64,000 nucleotides of DNA from assembly GCF_036321535.1 (NCBI RefSeq), contig NC_087437.1:87608001-87672000 (forward strand). The letters are read 5' to 3'. The first letter of the stretch is position 1; every line of letters begins with the position of its first letter. This stretch comes from Camelus dromedarius. Its lineage: Eukaryota. The translations under genes were made by a program, and so were the position numbers. The notes beneath the pieces were generated by a model. The model did no database searches. It saw only the letters and a list, made by a program, of their open reading frames with translations, and was not told the DNA's origin. Positions 26,340-39,385 of the stretch are shown piece after piece.

Positions 26340-27390
26340 GCCCCTTTAGGTATCAGCTTCTCTGCACTTTGCTCCCAGATTTCCTCACCCCAAATCCTGC
26401 AATCATCATGGATTATTTACTGCCAGGAGGTTGATACATTTGACTTTCCAGCCTCTAACTCTTCTACTTGCTCTCCTGGCTTTCCCCTCCCCTGCCAGGT
26501 ATTAATCCCTTTGGTGAGCCACTTTCTTCTCGTTCAGTTTGGACCTCCAGGATTCACAACTTTAGCTATTCTTCCTTCAATGTCCACAACTTCCTTCACC
26601 CATTGTCAGTCTGTCAAATCTGCCTGAAAAATCTCAACCCTTGATAGATTCAAACTCACTTAGCTTGCTGGGTAGACATGGGAAAGAACTTTACAGTTGT
26701 TCAGATTAAGATCATTATAGCTACATGATATCCAAACTCAAGGATGCCTGGCCACTCCAGGATCTTTCTCAGATATGCTTACATCCTCATTTTCCAGTGT
26801 GATTATCGCAAGTCTCCCTATTTTCTTGAAATTCCAACTTTATCACCTTCTCTTAGCATATAACTTTGCTTTCTGCTTCAAAACAAAGTCATCAGACAAG
26901 AAGTCACAAACCTACAACCTTACTTACATCTGTGCCTGCCAATGTCCTTTGTTCCAGTTATGATCGAATCTCTACGGCTCATTCCCCTTCTTCTCCTCCA
27001 TGCTCCGTGATCTTGCCCCATCAACTATCCTTTCTCCTGTATCTTCAAACCTCACTGATAAAACATGAAAAAGCTTCCTTCCATTCATGTTTTCCACTGG
27101 CCTCCACCCTCCCTTCTCTTTCATAGCAAAAGGTGTCGAATATTCTATCTTACTGACTCTCATTAATTCTTGACATATTATTTATTCCCAAATCATGGCA
27201 TCCTTATTCTTACCTGTAACGTTCCAAATTCCCTATAACTGTTGTCTCAAAATTCACCTGATTCTCTTGTTTCACAATCAAATGGAAACTTCTTAAGCCT
27301 TAATTTACTTCAATCTGGGAAGCACTGTTCTTCCTTGATGCTGTCACTTTCTTCAGCTTCTAGGATATGATAATGTCCTGGGTGCTTTCT
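26340..27390 (+). mobile_element. L2 internal (ORF2-derived) fragment, about 1 kb
   Basis: Pyrimidine-rich L2 motifs: cctgcaatcatcatgg, aaaatctcaaccctt, ttagcatataactttgctttctgcttca, ctctttcatagcaaaa, aatcaaatgga...ttacttcaatct, tcttccttga...ttcagcttctagga. Confidence 0.75.
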
Positions 27391-27544
27391 TTTTTTTTTT
27401 TTTTTTGTTTTGTTTTTAAGTAACTGATTAAACTCATAAAATGTTTTCTTCATTTACTATGCCTTATAAATCAAATTAATAACTATACATCAATATTTAA
27501 TATATCAATATTTAGTGAATATCCATGTGTTTGTTTGTAATATG

Positions 27545-27870
27545 TACTTTATTCTTAACTTTATTATTTCTTTTTTGAGTTAAATTTGTTATACTTATTC
27601 CTAACACATAGAATATGTATTTTTAGTCATCCTTTTTGCACTTTAAAGCTGTCTTTTTCCCTCAGAATGCTGCCTTCTGATGCATCCCACAGGCTAGTAT
27701 AACTGATGTATTCATTGACATTTTGTGGTAAATATACATTATTTTTAATCTTATTTTCTCTTTATCTCAAAAGTTAGTTATGAGGATACTTTTTAAGTTT
27801 CCTGAACATATAGGAAGGGTAACTATTTTTTATTTTTGTGGCTTAAATCTAATTTAATTTAAATTAAATC
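27545..27870 (-). mobile_element. Old L1M ORF2-region fragment
   Basis: tttaaagctgt...tttccctcagaatgctgcc...tgcatcccaca...gtattcattgacatt matches the antisense L1M pattern. Confidence 0.65.
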
Positions 27871-27884
27871 TAATTTAATTTAAA
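27843..27884. repeat. Perfect 21-bp tandem duplication
   Basis: ttaaatctaatttaatttaaa occurs twice (27843-27863, 27864-27884). Confidence 0.95.
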
Positions 27885-28359
27885 ATATTTTCCTTTGTTT
27901 TCTTCCTGTTTCTTGAGGCACTTCTTTTCAGACTCATATGTAGCTACTTCTTCATCTCCTGATTTTCATGTATCCCCTCTTTGAAGCATTTTTGGTCCTT
28001 GGCATGCTTTTGTCCATCTGTAGACTTGCCCTGAGCAATATATTCATTTTATAGTGCCAATAAATATTTTCAAATGAATAGGTCTTAAAAATGTCCACCT
28101 TTGAGAAGACTGAAAAAAATTTTAGATATGGATAGGTTGACAAAATAACATTTTAGTTGCTGAGCTAGTATTTATTCAAGAGTTCAAATATTGAAATTAA
28201 CATTAATTTTGATCCTTACTTTGATAGCACACTTTAAAAAGACAATGTAATAATTTCCTTAAATATTCAAAATATGTCACCCTAAATAAAATGGCAAAGT
28301 TAATATCTACATTTAATAATTAACTATTGTTAATGAAAACAATTTGTCTATGAAATGAT

Positions 28360-28464
28360 AAAGAATACAAAAAAGAATATATATGTATAGCTGAATCAAT
28401 GTGCTTTACACCTGAAACTAATACAACACTGTAAATCAACTATACTTCAATTAAAAAAAAAAAA
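28360..28464 (+). mobile_element. Young L1 3' end with poly(A)
   Basis: ctgaatcaatgtgctttacacctgaaactaatacaacactgtaaatcaactatacttcaattaaaaaaa. Confidence 0.9.
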
Positions 28465-28689
28465 CTTTTTTGAAATAGTGTTTTACAATTACTCCTAGTC
28501 ACATAAGTGGAGACTTTTTTATTTTTATCAACAGGCAAGTGAAAAATTTCAAGACCTAACAGTATTTTTTTCTCTTTCTCTACATTTTTTAACCTGAACT
28601 ACAAAGTGCAAAACAGTGATAACTTTGGACTCTGCCACACAGCTCAGGAATAATAAGAACTAAGCTAGCATATAAGCCAGGCATTAGAT

Positions 28690-28848
28690 CATCTTTCTCA
28701 AAATATTGTCCAGGGAAACCTCCCATCGTCTGGGGAAATTTAAAAAAATACAGATTCCTGGACTAATAGAAATATCTGGACATGGGGCCCAAGAACCTAC
28801 CTTTCATAAATGCCACGGTTATTCTTCTGCAACTCTGAGAACAACTCT
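28690..28848. mobile_element. MER5-family hAT element
   Basis: tttctcaaaat...ctgggg...ttaaaaaaatacagattcctgga...ggggcccaagaacct...ctgagaacaact. Confidence 0.65.
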
Positions 28849-29108
28849 AATAGATAAGCTATCATCTAGTGGACAGCTGTGCCTGTTTACAATGTTTTCA
28901 GAACATGCGCTGTTCAAATCCTCAGTTACTTTATAGGAGCTCCCTCTGTGTTGTGAGGAGCAAACACATACATTAATCAGTAAAAATAGAATTCTGTGTC
29001 CAAAAGAATCATGACAAATTTCTATAAAAAATGAAATGTTATAGGAAAATCCTGGCGTCAAAAGTGGCTTAACTCTGAATGCTTAGAGTTAATGTTAATG
29101 TTATAGAG

Positions 29109-29245
29109 ACGTGCTTATCGAACTCTACGTGCGTAACTATCAGCTATGGAATTTGGTAATCTGTACATTTAGAAGGAATAAGACGGGAATGAGATTCTGC
29201 AGTGCTAACAAGCCCCCAGGTGAGGTCACTCCTTGAGTAATGAGG
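29109..29245. mobile_element. MER5A1-like hAT element
   Basis: gtgcttatcgaact...tgagattctgcagtgctaacaagcccccaggtga...ttgagtaatgagg. Confidence 0.65.
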
Positions 29246-30749
29246 TTATAGAGAACATCTGGCTCATGGTGGTTAAAAATAACACCTCTTCTAAAATTAT
29301 TGGCCTTTCAAAAATATTTTAAAATTCTTTTTATCCCATAAGATCAAAATAAAGGATCTTTGACTAAAGGAAAAAAAAATACAGTTCAGGTGTTTTTGAA
29401 GTTCTTGTTGATTTTGAAAATCTTGTATACAACATCATCTTACTTCTACAAAAAGATGCCCTTTCTCTATTTGTGATATCAAGTCTTACAACAATATAAT
29501 TAAATACTCAGTAATGCGTATCAGTACGCTATTACTAGGAGCAAATACTTCAGGACTGAGAACACAGAACACAGAATTGTTTTAGATAATTTTGCCTGGA
29601 AGGAATAATACTTCTAATAGCGTAATTAGAGAAAACGCATGGAAAAGTTAGGATCAAATAAAGATTGATATTTTAAAATAAATACCCCAAAGTTATCTCA
29701 ATGCCTAATGAGTATTATGACTTCAATAGAAAAAAATGTAAGGTTAAAATGCAATTATTAAATAGTTTGGGGTTTGAATTTTGTCTCTGTAGACAAAAGT
29801 GAGTAATACGTGGGAGCATTCAGAATTGAGGCTATTTGGAAGAGCTGAAATCCCAGAGTTTCCAACTACAGTAGCTGGCGCTTGGTTTGGGGTAACCAGA
29901 GAGACTGGCTATTATTCAGACTAATGACACTTTTAAAGGGTAAAGACCCAGAAAACCTAGTAATGCTGACTCATAAGCATACATTTGTTCTGGGCTTCTT
30001 AGGGAATTAGGCATGCAACTCCCATTAACATTAACAGGAGACAGAAGTTCCATATCTAATTTGCCTCTCAGCAGGCTGGAAACAAACCCCATAATTTGGA
30101 GGATTTGCAGCTTTAAGCAAACTACCTTGTGATCAAGAATTGCCTATGATGAGATGGAAATGACAGAAAAAATGCCTTATCCTTAATTTTAAATGACTTT
30201 GTGTTGCACAAAGCATCTCAGGCACGAATTAAAATAAAGAACAGTTGTACTACAGAGTAGCATTTATTCTTAAACATAAGACTTACAGCCCCAGTGCCCT
30301 GATCTATTAAAAATGGTGAGTTCAGCTTCTTGAAATGCCACTTTGAAAATCTGTTTTGTCTGATTTGTCCAGTTTTGTCAGTAAAACAACCCAATCTGGG
30401 TTTACTGTGTAGAGTGGAATATCATGTTTAGCAGAATTGCAATGCTTTTCCTTGAACAGCTACATGTGTATAAAAAGACTGGAGTCCCTTGTAGTGTCAT
30501 TATTTTAATTGACATCTGTGGGCCTATTTTTATAGAGTCGCATCATGATAGAGGAGAGTTTTTATCTGCCTCTTTGGCACAGATGGCAATCATTAGGGAT
30601 GCACAGGAGTCCACGAAAAATAGTGCTAAGGCAAAAGGTAACATTACTCCACACAATTACATGATCCAAGAAACAAACCCAAAAAAAAGGCCACCGCGAA
30701 AAAAAAAAAGATACCGCTTCCCTTAACTCCCTTGTTTAAAAACAAACTC

Positions 30750-31150
30750 CAGCAATATGACTGGACCTAGAGAATATCACACTAAGTAAGTCAGGGAGAG
30801 AAAAACAACTATTATGTCACTTATATACGGAATCTAAAAAGTAGTAGAAATGAATCTATATACAAAGCAGAAACAGACACACATAGAAAATTATGGCTAC
30901 CAAAGGGGAAAGGGGGTGGGGTCAATTAGGAATACGGGATTAACAGATACAAACCACTATATACACAACAGAAGAGCAACAGGGACTTACTACATAGCAC
31001 AGGGAACTATGTTCAGTATCTTGTAATAACCTATAATGAAAATAGTCTGAAAATATATATATAACTAAATCATGTTGCTGTACACCTGAATTAACACAAT
31101 ATTGTAAATCAATTATACCTCAATAAAAATATTTTTATGAAAAAAACTAA
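30750..31150 (+). mobile_element. Young 5'-truncated L1 3'UTR
   Basis: cagcaatatg...ggacctagagaatatcacactaagt...ggattaacagatacaaac...tagcacagggaactat...gctgtacacctgaa...ctcaataaaaa. Confidence 0.92.
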
Positions 31151-31699
31151 CAAACAGAAGACAACTCACTAGTTTGAAGAATGGTGTGTCTAGAAATTAG
31201 AGTTCAGTGCCAACCACTTAAGGCTAAGGAACAGAGTGGCATAACTTACATTAGTAACTTCACTAAAGAAGTCTCAACATCAAACATTAAAATACAAAAA
31301 GGGATGTTTCAGGAAGGTAGTGGTGGTATAACCTGCTGACGGCTGAGATTTTGCCAAACTCAGTTTTTTCTCACTCATCACCTTCACTGATTTCTCATCT
31401 CTTTTTTTACACTCATCTATCACTCTTACAACAAGTAGAAACTTTTTGTCTCTGAATGGAGACCTTCCTCCCCCTTCTTTCTTGTTGCTTTTTCTCTCTG
31501 AATGAAAGGATGCTTATAGGCTTCTAAATAGACTCACTGATGCTGTGGTGACTCAGTACCAGGAGCAGATCAGGGCTATTGCACACGCTGACTTCACTCC
31601 CTCCACCAGCTAATCTAGCACGTACTTTGATCAAGATGCTACGTTTCTCAGGAAGTTTCTATTCCTGGCTATATGCTAACAATGTAACAAATACTAATT

Positions 31700-32089
31700 A
31701 ACCTGGCTCTCGCGTCATCTCATAACGGGACCCTCTCTACCCATTCCATGCTTCAGACAAAGCAGACTATTCCTGCAAAAAGTAACTTTCCTCATAGTTT
31801 TCCTCATTGCTAGCCTTTACCAAGGCTCTTCCATCTGTCTGCATTGTCCAAAGCCGCCCCGTGATAAGTCCTTGAGCCTCATCTGACTTCCTTAGAATCC
31901 CCTAGCACTCAATTGTTACTTTTATTTCAAAGCATATTTTCCTTCATATTGTGAGTGTTGGTTAACTGCTTTATTTTTTCTGTTGGAGTCTATGTTTCTG
32001 GGATGTATGCGAAGTGTCAGTATTCTCTGAAGTGTCTAGCTCAAAACCTGCTCCCGAGTAGACAATGAAGCTATGTTGCAAGGTAAATG
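31700..32089 (+). mobile_element. L2 3' region
   Basis: ccatgcttcag...agactatt...gccttt...gctcttccatctgtctg...tctagctcaaaacctgctcccgagtagaca. Confidence 0.6.
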
Positions 32090-32227
32090 TGTGAGATGAT
32101 GGCTGTATTCATCAACTCGCTTGTGAGAGTAAACATATGAATGTAAACGCTTGTGAAATCCTCACATCTTATACTTTAAACTTACTACAATTTTTTACTG
32201 TCAATTATACCTCAATAAAGCTGAAAG
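32090..32227 (+). mobile_element. Old L1 (L1MA/MB-like) 3' end
   Basis: tgtgagatgatgg...atactttaaacttac...tgtcaattatacctcaataaagctg. Confidence 0.8.
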
Positions 32228-32332
32228 AGATCTGTTGTGTCTTTAAATGTACTTTCAATTTTTTGTAAGCCTAAATATTTTAAAGTCACTTAGAAAGTTT
32301 TCTGTAAAAATCTGAATCATTCATTTGGAAAA

Positions 32333-32416
32333 TTATCACTGAACCCTCAGAGCCTAGAAGAGTGCCTGGCATACAGTAGGCACAGAATTAAAATGGGTTA
32401 AATGAATAAATGAATA
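32333..32416 (+). mobile_element. L2 3' terminus
   Basis: gagcctagaagagtgcctggcatacagtaggca...aatgaataaatgaat. Confidence 0.8.
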
Positions 32417-32691
32417 CATGATTAAATCCATTTAGCTCCCAGTATCCCTTTTTTTTTTAAATCTCACAATTTTTACCTCTTATTTCTAAATATATAATAC
32501 TGGCTAGTCTGATTGAAAATCTGAGCATATAGAAGAGCCTTTTTCCAGGTAGATAAAAATGTAAATAGTACAGAAAAATAAGGGATGAGAAATGTTAGAT
32601 GAAGTAGTATTTTTAATTACTATATAGATCATTTGTTAGTATTACTAGGAATATTGATGATGATTTTGATAGTTATTACCATTCCTAAATT

Positions 32692-33115
32692 AATTTTTTA
32701 TTAAAGTACAGTCAGTTTACAATATTGTAATGTGTACAGCATAATGTTTCAGTCATACGTACACATACATATATTTGTTTTCATATTCTTTTTCATTATA
32801 GGTCATTACAGGATGTTGAATATAGTTCCTGTGCTCTACAGAAGAAACCAGCTGTGTATCTCTTTTATATACAGTAATTAGTATCTGCAAATCTTGAGCT
32901 CCAAATTTATTCCTTCCCACCTCCAACAAAATCGACGTACCTCTTGCCAGGCTTACCAAGGAAACGTGAGATAGAACACACATGAACAAATAAAATAAGA
33001 AAGGAAAATGGAGAAATTACAACCAACACCACAGAAATATAAAAAACTTTAAGAGAATACTGTGAACAACTATATGGCAACAAAATGGACAACATAGAAG
33101 AAATGGACAAGCTTT
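32692..33115 (-). mobile_element. Young L1: 3'UTR on minus strand (32692-32924) fused to an inverted ORF2 fragment (32925-33115)
   Basis: The plus strand from 32925 reads NKIDVPLARLTK...NKIRKENGEITTNTTEI*KTLREYCEQLYGNKMDNIEEMDK, which is L1 ORF2 between the EN and RT domains with stops and a frameshift. Probable TSD taaa[t/g]taattttt at 32686-32698 and 33116-33128. Confidence 0.9.
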
Positions 33116-35164
33116 TAAAGTAATTTTTAATTGAAACTATTTTGCCATTATTCAGTAAAGAATGTTAATTTTAAGGAACATGTCAAGAAAGGAGGGGTTT
33201 TTTTTTTAATCTTTAAATATGCTGTAAGAATCCCAAATTACAAGACATATAATTTTATATGGAAAAGTGCCTATTGTGTGGAATGATTTATGTAATGCAT
33301 CTGGAGGTAGATGTCTGCTAGGTGAGGTGAAATTCCCCGCAGCTTCCAGCAGTGAATACAGGCTGGCACCTCGCCACTGGGACCCTGCAGATGTTCTTAA
33401 GGAGACCTGGTGGCTAGAAGCAGTCAGAACAGACATTTTTTGTTATCACCCCTTTCATGCTTTGAAATGCAGCAGATTTATCAAAACCCTCAGATAGAGC
33501 CATAAAAGGGCTTCATGTTATTTTACTAGAGTCACAGAAAAGAAATCTAAAAATAAAATTTCCTCGCTGTTCCTGAGGTACAAGCACTTCTTGTGGCTCT
33601 GTGATCTGACATCACAAGAAATTCCAGGGGAGGCCGGGCAAGCGGAGAGGAAGCCAAGGTCAAGGAGCTGCGGGTTCCAAACCTGTGCTTGACTTCCTTT
33701 GATGATCTTATTTGTTGTATCAAATGGAGCAGAAAAAAAATTTAAAAAAGGCTCTCCAATGAGCATGAGAAGCTACTCTTGGTTTTAATTCACTCTCTTT
33801 CATTTCCCTCAGCAGCACAGATTAAAGATGGGTCTTTCTTTTCGCCTGGTGTGTCTCACTGTGGTTACTCACTAGGAGAAAGAAAGAGGCAGCTTTAAAG
33901 GATTCTTTGTCCAACATGGTCTCTTTAACTACCAAAACATCTTCCGGGATGGAGTGCTGAGGTGTTTGATGGTAGCTGAACTAGAAATAACCTTCCGTCA
34001 ATCAAGTGCAAACCCAGTACCTGGCAGCCACCTTATGAAAACCAGACAAAATGATACAGAAGGGGGAAAAAAAGCTCCCACATTAAAAATTCAGTTTTGA
34101 ACTACCTTACCCCATTCATTTACATAAACATAGAAGTGCCAAACAGAAGAAAACATTAAAAAAGCTCAAGTGAAATGAACGGGATCAGGGCTGCTGTAAA
34201 AGGATGGTCCCCAGCATCCTGGGCACACACCTCCCATAAAGGCTCAGACGGTGGCATCGCAGCCCATCCACCATCGGCTGATGACGGTGAGGATGGTGTT
34301 TCCAAGTCAGCAGCCTTTGCCAGCTCTCAAGAGCAAACGTGTTTTAAACATATGTTTTACATGGTGCAGTCAATCCATATACGACCGGAGCATCTACCAC
34401 TGCATCTATGGTACTAATGTGCCCGAGAGTTGTGCTACAGAGAGATAACACATTTCCCAGATCATTGGAGGCTCTAATTCGCCCCTTATGTCTCACAGCC
34501 CTTTCCAAGAAGTGTGTTATCTGGAAGTAACACACCCCTGGTTTGTGCCTTATTGCTTAATTGTAATCCCCCAAACGTCAGATCAGAATAATTGCCATCC
34601 CAATTTGCCATTACCCATTGTAGTTTTTCTGACTTAAGTGAGCATTTGAAAAATATGTTCAAGTTTTACTGACCTTGAAGGTAGCAATTCCTTTACTCTT
34701 TCCTATAATTATGCTGTGGGCAGAGAATGCCTGGGGAGAGAAGCAGAGAATCAAGGAGTTGGATATTCCTATACTTTTCGTTTCTAACATAATCCAGCTT
34801 CATAATCTCACCTGCATTCCAGCGTGCACACTTCCCGCTATATCCACCTGAAGCTATGAATGCATGCTGTTGGCGCTGTATTTGGCAGAAGCAGGCTTTC
34901 TTTGCCTTTCACTGGCAGATCACGAGACTCTTGAGTCAACGTGATAGATTGTACCTCTAAGATGCACTTTATCCTTATCCATCCTCCTGTACATACCGTT
35001 TATTTGTACTAACATGGGTTTCCTACAATTTAAAGTAAGTGTAATAGCCTTCCCCACCAACACACCAAATGAGTGAAACATCTCTTAATGCTTTGGCTTA
35101 ATAGTACTAATGTTCCATTTTGCCGAAGGCATGAGTTTCTCAACCAGATTCCCTACCACAGGGA

Positions 35165-35242
35165 ACCCTTTCTGCAACCCATTCTATCCATCACTCCCAA
35201 AATAATTTTAGAAGCACAGCTCTGTGTTGTTTACATTCTGAA

Positions 35243-35293
<51 letters not shown>

Positions 35294-35600
35294 CTTCTTA
35301 GGCTTCCTATTTATTTTGGAATAAATATCTAAATCTCTAATCCAGAATCAAAAGTTCCAAAAGGATCTCAATCGATTTCCTTGAGTAGTTTTCCAGTTCA
35401 TCATCCTCATTCACCTTTTGATTAAAAGAAACTCAAAACCTGGCTGTACTCACCTTGTGCTTCCTCGTGCTCTTGCCACTTGGAGAATCCCTTTTCCCCA
35501 TTGTTCTCAATCCACCTTCTTTTCCTTTTTCATTTTTAACCCCAGTTTCACCTATCCCTAAGATTCCTACCTGAGTCCATCTTTACCTCCACTCTCTCAG
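35165..35600 (+). mobile_element. L2 fragment containing an (AAC)n expansion
   Basis: ctgcaacccattctatcca...ggcttcctattt...gaataaatatctaaatctct...cttgccacttggagaatcccttt. Confidence 0.6.
35244..35294. repeat. Perfect (AAC)17 microsatellite
   Basis: Directly visible. It is the source of the poly-Asn in ORF 35073..35324. Confidence 0.97.
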
Positions 35601-35639
35601 ACACTGTAGCAGATACTCATGTGAGAAAATGAGCTCAAG

Positions 35640-35845
35640 TAATCTAATATGTCCCATGGAGTGGGGGAAGTCCTGTGACAAAGGCAGCCTGGGGGAATCA
35701 GTAACCAGATGAGGGTTCCCTAACTCAGCCTCTGTGGTCAAGGAAGTCTTCCTGAAGGAGGTGGTCTTTGAGCAACAATTGAAGAGTATGAGCTTGGTCA
35801 GGGGGAGAAAGAAGAAGGGCTTTCCAGGTTAACGGTGAGCACAGT
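35640..35845 (-). mobile_element. L2 fragment
   Basis: cctaactcagcct...ggtcaaggaagtcttcctgaaggaggtggtctttgagc...ttgaag...ttccagg. Confidence 0.7.
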
Positions 35846-37844
35846 GGACCCAGATTCTCTCCGTATCTAGTGCATTTGGTCCTGCTCGGGACCTGCCTCT
35901 TACCTGACCCCCTTCAACCATCTCCTTGCTCACACTCCAGACACCACTTTACTACCAGAGAGCTTTTCATCCAGAATTAACTCAGTTACTTTCTGCTCAT
36001 GGATAAAGAGGTCACACTTCACAGATCTTCTCAATCTTCCCTCGCCCCACCGGACACATTCACACCTCCATGGCGCACGTGTTATTCCATCTGATTGAAA
36101 CAACTTTGCTGTCATTTTTTCATCGAGTTAATTCAGTGCAGTTCCTTCCTTATACTTCACAAAGCCCAATTTGTTGATCTCTCCTCTGTGATCTTATACA
36201 AGTTTTATATCCTTTTATCATAATTATTGCTCTTTTATTTTGAAGCCAAATGGGAACATTTCTTCCAAGCATCTTCAGGGGATATCAGTTTGTCATTTCA
36301 AATGTTGCCTGGCCCAGAAAACCCTAACAGCCACATTATCAAACCCTATGAAAAAAAGTCAGTTCTATGATTTGCATTTTATTCTATTTATTTTAGTTGC
36401 ATTGTGGTATAATAGCTGAATTGATATTTAGGTACTGTTTAAATTCTTTATGAGGTCGGGGGAAGTACCTGACTTCAGAGTCTCTTTATTATTAGTTTCA
36501 TGTAAATGTATTTGTATCTGTATCCATTTCTTCTGATTTCTGAACCACTGGTTTCCTAAAACAATGCTTTTCCGATCAGCCCTCGCCAAGCATTTTTAGA
36601 CAACATTATAGATTCCATAATTTTTCTGAAGTGATGCCGTACTAGCCATGGCAACTGTTCCATCTTTGTTTAGATTCTCTTCCTGGAAAATGATTTCCTC
36701 TTTGTTGATTTATACCTGCCCTTCATAATTTCATGTTTTAGAATTTCTAATATCCTCATGATTCCCTGAATCTTTCCAGCAGATTTCTATTACTGAGACA
36801 GCTGAACATGCTGGTTATTATTTTTGATTTATTAATTCATAGTCTTCATAATGCACTTGTGACACAGGAGAAGTAGACTATCGTTCTGTCCCCAAATTTA
36901 TAACATTAAGTAGAAACAGCTGATAAAGAAAGAAGCACTTAAACAAATTTATGCTTCTAGAAAAAGCTGTACCTCATCTTGTTTTTATTTTTATATTGAT
37001 CTTTTTTATTAAATACAAAAAATACACTTTGTAGTTCTGAAATACGTTGTGAATGTAGAGTTCAAACTACTGGCTGCATATTTTATATTCTTGTTTTTCA
37101 AATTACTTTTTAAAGGGTAAATTACATTATCAGCCAGGAGCATAGCAGGTAATGACATGAGCAACATTAAGCCACTTTTCGATGTATTTGATCTATAAAA
37201 AATTTTACACCCCACAAATAGAAATGAGAAGTACAACTTTATTATGTGAAATTATTCATTTATAAAGACCTAAATAATTACCCATAAGACATTCATTTGA
37301 TTAAAAAAATTTATGTATGTATATAAATATACACATTTATACCTATATAATTTATTTTTCTATTTCACATTTTCATTTTATTACAAACCAAATACTTATT
37401 AACAAAAATATATTATGACTATATTAATCAGGCCACATTTACATAACATTTATTTTAAGTTCTCAAATGCATATTATATGCATAACACTTCTTTAATTTT
37501 TATGTTTCCTGACTGTGTCATTTATTAGATTTGAAATTTGGGGCAAGTGCATGGATCTATCTGAACATTCGTTTCCTCCTTGTCAATGCAGTGCTGAACA
37601 TTATGCAACACTCTCAGCACAGGGTTTGGAAGAGTCAATGTTCTATAACTACTATTTTTATTTTCATAATTATCAACATCAGTATAATTGTAAACCTCAT
37701 GTAGAGGCAAGTATTATAGAAATTTTATTTCAGGAGAACTTAAGAACCAATTAAAATGTGTAGTTGCAACAAACCTTAAATCATCTGGGTTTTTTCCTGT
37801 GTTCTTTCCACAATAACGAACACTCACCCTTGACATCCTAATAT

Positions 37845-38100
37845 TTACTAGGAGCTCTGGTCAGCACGTTACTCCCTTAGTTCATTTAACCCTTTGGGAA
37901 CATTATGAGGAGGTATTATGCCCATTGTATAGATCTAAACTCTGAGCACCAGACTAGCTTTAGTAATTAATAATTAGCAATAAATTGTAGTAGAAATAAC
38001 CAGATAAATCATTTATGGTAACTAGATACACACTTACCAAATGATAAATCATGAATTTACAACCATGTGTACCTGATTTTAATGTTCTTCATTCTTCCTC
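37845..38100 (-). mobile_element. MIR, diverged
   Basis: tcatttaaccct...tatgaggaggtattatgcccattgtatagat...aactctgag. Confidence 0.55.
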
Positions 38101-39385
38101 CTATTTGACTATTCTTTCCTATTTCTTATATTCCTTTCATGGATAGTTCTATATTTAGAAATGTCAATTAACAAAACTTTCTTCATGGGCAATTTTTATA
38201 TCTATAACATTCATAAATCATAAGACCTTGGTGGTAGGTTCTGTTTCATATATTTTCATATCTTAAAAAGAATTTGACAAAGTGACTCAAATATATTTAC
38301 AGAATTAATATATAAATAAAAGTTGAATGAATGAGAATATCCTGTTAGTTACAAGGCAAGAGGAAGGGATAAAATTTTACCCTTTGTCCCTAATGCTTAT
38401 TTACTTTTCTAATAATTATGACTGTAGGGAAAAATTCTTGATAGTCTAATTTAAATAGAAGCCACACACATGATTAAGCCTTTGCTAAGACACGAGTGTT
38501 TAAAGGGTAATCTATATTTATATTAACCCTTTTTAGGAGCCAGAGAAATGACTGTACAGCAGGACTTTTACTCAGGATGCTATCAAGTTTCCTGAATAAA
38601 AAACATACATCCCTACTTAAGCAGGAAAAAATACAACTACAAATACGACAGAGTGTTCAAAATAGATTTCTGATGTCAACTTCTGGTTTCTCCTAAAGAT
38701 GTGGTAACTATGCTTAGTTTTTTTAAGGTCCACTCTGGCTTTCCTCTAGTTTGAGGAACATTTCAGTTCAGTCTTATGCTGTTCTTCCTCTTTACTTGTG
38801 TGAACATTGATCAATTTCTTAATCAGGAGACTTCCCAGTCCTTGGCGATTTGGCTTAGTCTCAAACTTGGCTAATCTAATTGCCCAAGCTTTGCTTCAGG
38901 TATCAAGTCTTTAGCAATGTTTTCTTTTGAGGTTTGCTTCTGTAGATAAATTACAAAAGGCCAGCTGCTATCACCCCCAGAGTGCACCTCTCTAACCTGA
39001 GTACTCCGAGTAGCATCTTGTGCTTTCCCTTCCTGCTATGTTTTCATTCTGTCCTGTTATGAAGATACTGTTTCCTTGGGTGTAAACGTCACACTCTAAT
39101 TCGATCAAAACAGCAAATGAATTTCCATTCATCAGGCAGAGACATGGTCTCCATTAATATACTTCTTCCTTTCTAATGAGGAGAAGTGCGGGGTGCATTT
39201 TTATTTAATGATGTAATGCCTAAGCTTGTGTTGGCTCTCCGTGGAACACTTAAATCACATACTCCTTGACTGGACTGTCTCAGTCTTTAGGATGGTCCAG
39301 TATTAGCTCTACTCTTCAGTTCTATCAGTTGTTGATAATCTGCTAAGAGTATTAGCCTCCCGCTCGGAAATTTGTAGGAACAATT

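Noticed and set aside
35073..35324. Poly-asparagine ORF
   Set aside because: It is the translation of (AAC)17 inside an L2.
38760..39385. Possible CR1/L3 reverse-transcriptase remnant on the minus strand
   Set aside because: Only vague similarity by eye; it cannot be supported without an HMM search.
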